IMG/VR virus record: IMGVR_UViG_3300027780_000047
Span: 1 to 30,243 of that record
DNA from: a virus
Taxonomy: Duplodnaviria; Caudoviricetes
Length of the DNA: 30,243 bases
Direction: 5' to 3' (one strand)
Under the pieces are notes generated by a model. The model did not search any database, was not told the DNA's origin, and worked only from the letters and a program-made list of their open reading frames with translations. Shown here piece after piece: positions 18,840 through 29,600 of this stretch; the stretch's first letter is position 1, and each line of letters opens with the position of its first letter. The translations under genes and the position numbers were made by a program.

Positions 18840-19532
18840 ATGTTATTAGGATTAGCAATAGGTGCAGCGTCAAGTATATTTGGTGCAATGGGTTCTGGAA
18901 AAAAAGCTAGAGAGGCTAGGGCAAAGTCTGCGAGGTTACAAAGAAAATTAGAGAACTTAGAATCAAATAGACAAGAATTAATAAACCCATATGATGATGT
19001 TAAGAGTTTAGCTGGAATGGCAGTAGACATGTCTAGCCAGATGACTAATACTTATGCTAACATTGGAGTAGCTACTCAAGCAGCTGAAATGCAAATAGAA
19101 GAAGCTGACATAGCTTTAGCAAACACTTTAGACACTTTAAGAGCTACAGGTTCTGGAGCTGGTGGAGCAACCGCTCTTGCGCAGGCTGCTATGAGAAGCA
19201 AAAAAGAAGTATCTGCTAGTATAGAAAAACAAGAAGCTGGTAATGAAAAACTAAGAGCACAAGGAGAAGACCAGTTACAACAAAGTAGATTAGCTGAATC
19301 AAAAAGAATACAAGGTATAAATATATCTGAAGGAGCTAGAGAGCAAAGCGCTGACGCGCAAGGTCAAGCTTTTCAATTTAATGCAACGGAAGCTAGACAA
19401 AATCAACAACTTAATAGAGTAGCTGGGCAATTAGCAAATTCTCAACAAAACGCAGCGAATCAAGAATCAAATCAAACAGCCGCTTGGATGAATCTTGCGG
19501 GTAATGCGGCAAAAATAGTAGATGCTTTATAA
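18840..19532 (+). CDS. Putative DNA ejection/pilot protein (internal virion protein)
   Basis: Gly/Ala-rich hydrophobic N-terminus followed by an Ala/Gln-rich coiled coil and 'GSGAGGATALAQAA'; position after the muzzle matches the first ejection protein of podoviruses. Confidence 0.6.
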   Translation: MLLGLAIGAASSIFGAMGSGKKAREARAKSARLQRKLENLESNRQELINPYDDVKSLAGMAVDMSSQMTNTYANIGVATQAAEMQIEEADIALANTLDTLRATGSGAGGATALAQAAMRSKKEVSASIEKQEAGNEKLRAQGEDQLQQSRLAESKRIQGINISEGAREQSADAQGQAFQFNATEARQNQQLNRVAGQLANSQQNAANQESNQTAAWMNLAGNAAKIVDAL

Positions 19533-19549
19533 TAAACAAATTAAAAGAA

Positions 19550-20674
19550 ATGATAAGAATAGACAAAGATGGCTATCCATTTAATAACGTGCAAAAAAAC
19601 TTGCTAATTAAGCACATGAACAATAGTGACGTTCTAGCTTATAACAAAGATTATATCGCAAGCCCAATTGATAGTAATTTTCAAATTTTAGATGCTTTTA
19701 AAGGAACTGAAAAATACTATGCTCAATTAGAAATTGCTATAAAAAACAATGATTGTAGAATGGGAGAAGACTGTTCTTTTGAAGAAGCACAAATAATTAG
19801 ATTAAAAAAAGCTCCAAAACTATTTATTGACTTTATGGCTAATGTTGCTGCTGAACTTGAAACTACACAAGCAGATAATTTTGATCCTAATTGCAACGCT
19901 GATTATACTGTTGCTAATTGTGTAACAAATAATAAACCTGGTTTTTCTAAAACTGATGGTTATAGTGTTACATTGACGTTACTAGAAGATGGCACACAAG
20001 AACTAATATACAATGGGCCAATGTTTTCTCACCCTTTAATAATCAACAGTTCTTCACTTCAGACTATTCTCGATGCTAACACTTATTTAGTAGCTCCTAC
20101 TCCAAATGTGCCTCAAGAAATGAACGCGCTTTTAGTTGAAATTGGTATATTTGAACCTAGCATGTTTAATCAAGAAACAAAAGAGCTTCTTAACAGCGCT
20201 ACAATTAGCGAAACATTTGTATTAAAAAACAGCGATGGAACTCCAGACTATGAAATAATAGATATTGGAAATGGAAAAGGTAGAAACGTACTACAGTATG
20301 ATTTAGATAAAATAGATAAAAAAGCTACACCATTTATAAAAGCAGAAGTCGCTGGATTATTGTCATCTGAACAAGAAGCTATTGCTGCTTGGAACGTTTA
20401 CTTAGCACAAGACAACGACAGTGCAGATTCAAAAATTAGCAACAATATTGATGCTTGGGGAAATAGCTGGGCTTACGAAGCGAATCTTCCTCTTACTCAG
20501 AATCACAAAGATCTTTTTTTAGAAACATATAGAAGTATATTTGCTAAAAACTATTTAAATAATTACACAATTAATCAATTACCTTTTATAGAAGAAGATG
20601 CTTTGGTTTTTGACTTAGCGGAAATTCAACAAGCAAAAGCACAAAAATACATAGATGATAACAATTTAAATTAA
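19550..20674 (+). CDS. Hypothetical protein, probable internal virion/ejection protein
   Basis: 374-aa acidic ORF between the pilot protein and the giant protein; no recognisable motif. Confidence 0.6.
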   Translation: MIRIDKDGYPFNNVQKNLLIKHMNNSDVLAYNKDYIASPIDSNFQILDAFKGTEKYYAQLEIAIKNNDCRMGEDCSFEEAQIIRLKKAPKLFIDFMANVAAELETTQADNFDPNCNADYTVANCVTNNKPGFSKTDGYSVTLTLLEDGTQELIYNGPMFSHPLIINSSSLQTILDANTYLVAPTPNVPQEMNALLVEIGIFEPSMFNQETKELLNSATISETFVLKNSDGTPDYEIIDIGNGKGRNVLQYDLDKIDKKATPFIKAEVAGLLSSEQEAIAAWNVYLAQDNDSADSKISNNIDAWGNSWAYEANLPLTQNHKDLFLETYRSIFAKNYLNNYTINQLPFIEEDALVFDLAEIQQAKAQKYIDDNNLN

Positions 20675-20679
20675 GTTAA

Positions 20680-23600
20680 ATGACGTTACTAGAAAAAGTA
20701 CAAGAACTACAAAGTATAAAACCGCCTTTAAACGAGACTGAATTAAGGACACGATTAGATGCTTGGAAATTAACAAATCTTGAAGTAGAAGAATTTGATT
20801 CAAATGTTGATTCTGGAATAAAACAAGATCCTAATGTACAAATTATTAAACCTTCTTTTGATATTAATCCAAACGTTGAAGTGGAAGAAGTAGAGGGAAA
20901 TTCAGAAGTTGTTGCGGAAAAAGGTGCTGCCGTAATAACGGATCCATTATTAGACGCACCAATTATAGAACCTACTATTTTTAATAACAAACGTAAAAAA
21001 CCGCTTCCGTTTGATATTTTAGAAGATCTAAAAAATAAAGATTTTAACTCAGGTATTATACCTAGGGAAACAATTAAAGATACTTTTTCAAAATTCAAAA
21101 TACCTTCGGTTCAATATGATAAAAATCTTCAACTAGCAGAAACGCTTAACGTATCAGTATCTGAAGCCACAGAAATTAATTCAAGAGAATTTAAGCGTGT
21201 AAATGAAAGCTTTGAAAACGCTACTGAAAGCTATATGAATATGTTTTTGCCTGACAAAGAAGATACCCCTTGGAGTAGAACAAAAACTATTACTCAAGAT
21301 GCTTTTTTTGATGAAGTAGATATTGATGATGATCAAAAAAACTTTACAAGCTTAGCAGACAATCCAGCATTTAGAAAGCACGTACTAAACAAAGTTAAAG
21401 AAGAACAAAACGCATCAGGTGAACCATTACCTAGTCAAGAAACTATTGATAAAATATTTTCAAACTTACAAGATCAATTTATACTTGAAGAGCAAAACGA
21501 TGCTCAAGAAGCTGCTGCAATAGCGGTTAATAATTTTACTTCTAGAGCGGTAATTGGAAACCAAAATAGAATTTTAATTTCTTCTTTAAACAAAGATCAA
21601 AAAAACTTATACTTTTTAAACAAAGAATCACAAGTTCTTTTAGCTACTATAAACAATACAAAAGATGCAAATACTAGAGCCGATGCTTTAGAAAAGCTTA
21701 GACTACTTTCTATAGAAATGGAAAGAGTTGCGCAAGAAGGAGACATAGTAAAATATGGAGATTCTTCTGAAATTAAATTCTTTTTTGACCCAAACACCGG
21801 TCAAAGAGTAGGTACCATTAATGTTGATGAAAGTGAAGTAGATACTGAAGAGCAAAGCGAATTTAGTAAAATAAATAACTGGACTCAAAACATTTTAGAC
21901 TTAGAAAAAGAGTATAAAAATGAAGAATTAGAAACTTTAGAACAAGGTTATAATTTTATGCTTTTAGAATGGGCAGAAAATTTTAATTCTTTACAGTCTA
22001 CTGTTGATCTTGGTGGTTATTCTGTTGAACAACAAGATTATGCTATTTCACAAAAAAACAGCTTTAACTTCAAATATGAAGAGATTCAAGAATCTAAAGC
22101 ACGTCTTGCGGAATTGGAGGCTATCATGTCTGGTCCAAACAGCCCTAGTCCTTTACCTTTATTGAATGGTGACCCTAGTGAATATGGTGAAATAACTAAA
22201 GAAATAAAAGATCTTAAAACTTTTATTAATGATCCTAAGGCTTATTATGATAAAAACTCTGATTTACACCCAGTAGCCGACAGACCTGGTTCGCCAGGAA
22301 AACTAAGCGCGCAGATGAGATTAAATCTTTTAAATTCTGGATATAAACCAGATTATTTAGGAGTGTTTAGAAATGTTAAAATTAGTGATTTAGTAGCTTA
22401 CAGAAGTGATAAAGGTCAAGAAATAATTAACGACGCTATTTATACTCCTTATTCTGAAAACGACCAATTAACGGGTGGTTTTTCAGCAGAAAACTTAAGA
22501 ATATTAGTTAGAAAAAGAAATAAGTTAATACAACAAAGAGAAGCTTATAAATCTACTTATCTTTTAAACTTAGATCCTTCTACAATCAAAAAAACTTTAG
22601 GTAGTTCTTTTCAGTTTTTTAAAGAAGAAACTGCTAAGGCTTGGGGTTTATCCTCTGAAATGGGTCGTGGTATTGAAGATGGCGGTTCTGTAAGACAAGG
22701 TAAAGTTCTATTTGAAAACATGATAACTGATGCAAGTTTAGCGCTAACTGAAGAACAGAAGTTACAACTTAAGCAACCTTTATATCAAAGACTTGCACAA
22801 GAATTAATTGCTTTTGGTCCTGATCTTGCTCAGTTTGCAATCGCAAACAAAGTACTTGGAGTAGCGGGTATTACTGCAAGAATTTCAAAACTTTTAACGT
22901 CTGCAAATTCTAATACTAGAATAATGGGGCACGCTATTAATGCTTTACTTGAAGAAGGTAAATTTAAACTTGTTACTAGAGGAAAATCACAAGACGGTGG
23001 TGGTGTTGGTTTTTATTTAGGTGGTAAGTTTATAAACAAATTACTTCCTTTTAGATTCAGTGGTGCAAACGCTCGATTAAACCCTATTCTTGAAAAAGGC
23101 GTATATGGTGGTATTGGTGGTGTAACAGGTAGTAACGCAGCATTAGTAACAGAAGCTCTTCTTAAAGACTTAAGAGGTAACCAAGCTTTCATGACTACTA
23201 TGGAAATAGATTATGGTAAGGACTCTGATTGGGCGGTGAGTAATTTTGTTTCTTTAATGACTTTTAGTCTTATTGGCATGTCAAGCATGAAAAGTATGGA
23301 TTTTCAATCCATGAGAACTAAAAGACTTAAGAAAATAGAAACTGAAAAAGAAATAATTGAATTAAGAAATAAAAAAGCGTTAAATATAAAAGAAGGCTTT
23401 GAAAACACTTCAGTTATAGACGGAACCATAAAACAAAAACAAAACATTCTTGATCTTGTAAATAGAGATATAAATATTGCTGATAAATACTTTAACAAAC
23501 TGAGCATTAAAGACCAAATAGCTGACAGAGATTCAGCTCAAGAAGCTTTAAACTCAGGTAAGCTATCAGTAAAAGAAACTGCAATTGCAAATGAAAGAAT

Positions 23601-26600
23601 AAATCAAGTTAATGCCAATATACAAGCGGCTACGACTAAGATAAACAAAACATTTGAAAATGTTAGAAAATCAAACGTATTAGATAAAGACGTAAAAATG
23701 GTGCTAACAGAAGGTACTGAAGGTTTTCAAAACAAAAATAATAAAGCTGAGTTTGATCCAATTAATAATATTATTAGAATTGATTTAACTCAATATAGGC
23801 CTGGAGTTGAAAACCATGAGATTTTTCATGTTTTTTATAAAATGGCCGTAAGTAATAACCCTAAGGTTGCTAAAGTATTAAAAAATACTATAAAAGATAC
23901 AGTTGCAAAAGAGTTATCTAGTGAAACATTTACTTTTGAAGGGCAAGAGGGTTTAAGCTTTGAACAAGCTATAGACTTAGCTTATGGTAAAAATAGACCA
24001 GCTGAAGAGTATGTAGCAAATGTTATTGAATTTTTATCCCAACCTAAATACCAAGACTTGTTATTAAAAAAAGGTCTTATAGCAGGTTTAACTAGAAATG
24101 TAGATTATATTAAAAACAAAATAGGATTTACTACTGGAGCAAAAGAAGTTGACTTTACGAACGCTGGAGAAACTTTAAAGTTTTTGTTTGACTTAAATAG
24201 AAACTTTGGAGAAGGTACTCCAGCATCTTTAAAAAGAGCGTATGATTTATTACAAGGTATTGAAGTGAAAGGAGATAAACTTTTTAACAAAAACACTGGT
24301 CAAGAAGTTTCTGACGCAAAAGTTATGCCTAGCGTGGACATAAAAGCAAGCGAACTAGCTGTAGAGTATAAAGAAAATCGCTCAGAAATGAGTAATAAAA
24401 ATATAATAGAGCTTCAAGATCAATACATGAAACTAACTGCAGATGCTATTAGAAGATGGGCTGCTAAAAATGGCGTACCTGTAGATAAGATTATGAATAA
24501 TCCTGAGTTAGAAGGAAGAATGCTTGATCAGTTTGAAAGCGTTATGAGAAATTATAAACCTATTAACCCTGTTACTGGAGAAGCGCAGTCTTTGTCTACG
24601 TATTTAAATAATTTTGCAGGAGTAAGAATAGGTGCTCCATTAGTTGAAGCTGTTGCAAAAGACATGCAAACTACAAGTATTTCCAGTGAAAAATTAAAAG
24701 AACTAGAATCTATTCCAACAGAGTCAAGTGTAGATAAAAATGCTAAACAACAAGAAGTTCAAGATCAAATAGATTTACGAGACTTTATTAAAGATCCAAA
24801 GGTTTTAAAAAAGGTAAATGATGCAGTAATAATAGATCCTTCAAAGATAACTACTTTAACAGCTAAAAACGTATCAGAACAATATCTAGAACCAATTGGC
24901 ATGGAATTGTTAGATTTATCAAGAGGAAAAATAAACGGTACAGAAACTCTTAACTATGGACCAGGTTCAAAAGATGCTTTAAAAATGCAATCATTGTTTA
25001 AAAACCTTCAAGATGTAAGAAAATTTATACAAACTATGCCAAAATATAGCGTAGGTAGTAATACGGCTATAATAAATAAAAGAGGTGAAAATATAGATGT
25101 TTCTCCTGACGCTAGAGGTTATTCTATAGGTATTAATCCTAAAATATTAAAAACGTTTTATAAAAAAGTTGAAGGTGCTTCGGATATGACTAGCGCGTCA
25201 GGTAGAAGCAAAGGCAAAACAAGTCAAAGTGCGGTTTGGAAATTAAATTTTGAACCTACTATTGCAAATGCTAGAAAACTTATGGAAATGATAGGTATTA
25301 CACCTTCAGGTGAGATGAATATACCTATAAAAGGACCAGCAAGAACGGCGTATGGACAATTACTACAAGGATTAACTAAAATGTATATTGCTAACATAGC
25401 AAACACAATTGTTCGATCAAAAATTAACGGAGAAGTTTTAACCGCAAAAGGTGATAACCAAATAAAAGCTGACATAAAAGCCGGTTTGCCTGATATTTTA
25501 GCGTCTAGAGTAATCGAAGAAACAAATAGACTAGAAGAAAGTAACAAAAAAGAAATCCAAAGTGGAAACGAACAAATGGATGCTTTGTTTTCCGCAAAAG
25601 AATTAGCAACTTTTAAATACGATATGAAAGCTAAAGCTGCCGCGATGTTAGACGCAGCTAAAATTTATGGTGATAAATATGGTGATTACGGTATTGAAAG
25701 GTTTTTTGCACCTACTAATTGGACTCCAGGAAATAAATTAAGTGTTTTAGAAAAAAGAAACTTTAACATAATATCTAACAAGGCTAAACTTGATAAAATT
25801 AGTTTAGTTGAAGCTGAAAGATTGATTTTAGCTGGAGAGATGTTAGATTTATTTTCAACGCGAGAGCTTGCTAAAGCTGAAAGTGGCGCCACTAAAAAGA
25901 GTAAAGAAGAATTAGCAGCTTTTAAAGAAGCTGTAAGAGGTAAAACAGGTGTAGATCAATTTAAAAACGCAAAAGATAGAGATTTATTTAATGAAGGAGT
26001 TAAAGAAGCGTATGGATTAGAAAAAGCTTTATTTTTATCAGGGCCAATGGGTCAAGCTGTTTATAGAGAACTTGTGTATAATTCTAATTTAAACTCTAAT
26101 CAAAACAGAAATCAAGCTAACGCTTACATCGTTGAGATTGGGGCCATGGTAAAAGGAAAAAGAAAAGCCGAAACAATTGACGAACATCAGTTGCCAGCTA
26201 TAAGACATGCTATTAATAAAACAAGATTATTTAAAAATATTTATGAGTTCCAAAAGCTTAATGATTTAAAGTCTAAAGAGGTAGCTGAATATGCTGCTGA
26301 TTTGTATTTAGAGTTTATGGACAAAGGTTATACGCAGTTTTTACTTAAAAAAACCAGTGATATTATCAAAGGAAACTTAGTTGATGCTAAAGGTAAAAAA
26401 TGGAAAAATTCAGACAGCACTATGCATCCTATAGCAGAGTTAGCAATGGATAACTTTATTGAGTTAGCTGGTAAAAAAGGAACAACAAGAGAACAACTTA
26501 AAGAAGCTTTCGATAAAATACCGTCTTCTGATTTAAGATACTTTAGTTCATTTGGCTATCTTAACGCTAATAATCTTATAGAAGCTTTAAAAGATGGTAA

Positions 26601-29600
26601 AACAAGAAGCAAAGCTGAAGAATACTCTGTAGATGTTGCTAAAGAATACAGACAAAACGAAAGCGTTGTTGTGTTTCAAGGTTCATTAATAGAAGCTCAA
26701 ATACTTACTAAAGCTGGAATTTTAACTGGAGAAAAAGCGGTAACACCGGAAATGGCTAGACAACTAGTGGATGTTTATATAGCAGACTTAGCTAAGCCAA
26801 TAACAAAACAAGTTGTAAAGAATACAAGTTCTTATGGGTCTAAGCTTATTGGAGTAGAAACTATTGGAAAGCAAGTAGAAGTATTAGAGAATTATGATAA
26901 AGCTCGTAGTGAAGGAGTAAAGAAAAACAAACCTGTTAGAAAAATTAGAGTAATGGATCTTGATGATACTCTTCTTAAATCAAAAAGCAAGATTAGTGTT
27001 GAAATGCCAGATGGTACAACGTTTAAAATAAACGCTACTGAATTTGCAAAAAGAGCAGCTGAGCTTGAAACAAAAGGTGCTGAGTTTGATTTTACTGAAT
27101 TTGAAAAAATTATAGATGGTAAAAAAGGACCTTTATTTAAAGTTTTAGAAAATATAAATGCTAAAAACGGTACTAAAGATTTCTTTATATTAACAGCGAG
27201 GCCAGCTGCTGCTGCACCTGCTATTAAAGAGTTTTTTGACGCGCTTGGAATACCAATACCTATTGAAAACATAGTTGGTTTAGGTGATGGAAAAGCTTCA
27301 GCCAAAGCTAACTGGATCGCGGGAAAAGCCGGTGAAGGTTATAATGACTTTTATTTTGCTGATGATGCTATTAAAAACGTTGAAGCAGTTAGAGATATTT
27401 TAGATCAAATCGATGTTAAAGGAAAAGTTCAATTGGCTTTAGCTAGTAAAAAAATAATGTTTGATAAGGTTTTTAACGATATTATAGAGCAGTCAACTGG
27501 TATAGAGTCTTATAAAGAGTTTTCTGAGTCTAAAGCTAAGACAATAGGTGGTAAAAAAGGTAGGTTTACCTTCTTTACAACGCCTTCTGCTGAAGATTTC
27601 TTAGGCTTATTATACAAAACGCTAGGTAAAGGTAAAATTGGAGATGCTCAAATAGATTTTTATAATAAAAATTTAATAGATACGTACAATAGAGCTGAAT
27701 TAGCTGTGACTGATGCTAAAATATCTGCAGCTCAAGATTTTAAAGCTCTTAAAACAAACTTAAAATCATTACCTAAATCTTTATCTAAAGAAACTGGCAT
27801 TGGAGGTTTTACTTTTTCTCACGCAGCAAGAGTTTCTGTTTGGACAAAACAAGGTATGAAAATACCAGGACTTTCTAAAGCAGATGTAAAAGAATTAAAT
27901 GATTTTGTTAATAAAAACCCTGAGCTTAGTATTTTTACTGATCAACTTATACAGTTGCAAAAAGGTAAACTTTACCCAGAGCCTACTAAAGAATGGCTTG
28001 CTGGAAATATAACAACAGACGTTATTGGAGGTATCAACAAAGTAAATAGAAAACAATACTTGCAGGAATGGCAAGAAAACGTAGATATAATATTTTCTGA
28101 TAAAAACTTAAATAAACTAGAAGCGGCTTATGGTTCTAAGTATAGAGAAGCTTTATCAGAAACTTTGTATAGAATGAAAACTGGTAGCAATAGACCTTTA
28201 GGTGGATCTAGAATTGTAAACGAGATGATGGATTGGTTAAACAACTCTGTCGGGTCAATCATGTTTTTAAACACAAGGACTGCAGTTTTACAAACTATAT
28301 CCTCTGTAAACTTTTTAAATTGGGGAAATAACAATCTTTTAAAAGCTGGTAAAGCCTTTGCTAATCAACCTCAGTATTGGAAAGATTTTAAAACGTTAAT
28401 GAATTCACCTTACTTAACAGAAAGACGTGATGGACTAAAAATTAACGTAAGTGAGTCTGAAATTGCAGATGCTGTTTCTCAAAGCAGAAACAAAGCCTCT
28501 GGAGCAATAAATTACTTACTTAACAAAGGTTTTGTGTTTACTAGAATAGCAGATAGTTTTGCAATTGCCGCAGGTGGTTCTACTTTTTATAGAAACCAAA
28601 TAGAGGCTTACGTTAAAAGCGGTATGGAAATAAAAGCAGCAGAAAAACAGGCGTTTGAAGATTTTTATGCTATTGCTGAAACAAACCAACAATCAAGTAA
28701 CGCTAGTAAAATTAGTCAACAACAAGCTTCAGCAGCTGGTAGAGTTGTATTAGCTTTTGGTAACACGCCAATGCAGTATAACCGTATTATTAAAAAAGCT
28801 ACTCAAGATTTAGTTGCTGGTCGTGGAGATTATAAAACTCATTTATCAAAAATAGCTTATTACGCAGGTATGCAAAACTTTGTATTTAACGCTTTGCAAA
28901 ACGCTTTGTTTGCAGAGGCTTTTGGAGAAGACGAAGAAGGTGATGATGAGAAATTAAGGGCTAAGCAAGGTAGGATAGCAGATGGCATGACTGACTCTTT
29001 GTTAAGAGGTGTTGGTATTCAAGGTGCCGCGGTAGTAGCTATTAAAGACGCTTTGATTACTATATTCAAAGAAAATAATAAAAAATCACCTAAATATGAT
29101 AAAGCAATAGATGATTTAATAGGCTTTTCTCCACCTTTAAGTTCTAAAATTAGAAAATTAAACTCTGCAGCTAATACTTTTAGTTGGGATAAGAAAAAAA
29201 TAAACCAAGAAGGGTTTAATTTAAATAACCCTGCTTATTTAGCTAGTGCTAATATAGTTTCAGCTACTACTAATATTCCTTTAGATAGAGCAATTAAAAA
29301 AATAAACAACATGAGAAATGTGTTTAGTGAAAATTCTGAAGCTTGGCAAAAAGTTGCTATGACAATGGGTTGGTCATCTTGGGATGTAGGTTTACCTTAT
29401 TATGGAGTTGAAGGAGCTGGCAAACCAAAAACGCCTGCTATGATCTTTGAAGATACTATTACAGAAATAAAGAAAAATACTAGCTCTAAAGAACAAAAGC
29501 AAACTTTATTAGACTTAGGTGTTTCAAGATCAGATTTAAAAAAATATAAATACGAAGAGGATAGAATTAAAAAAATATTAGAATTAGAAAAAGAATTTAA

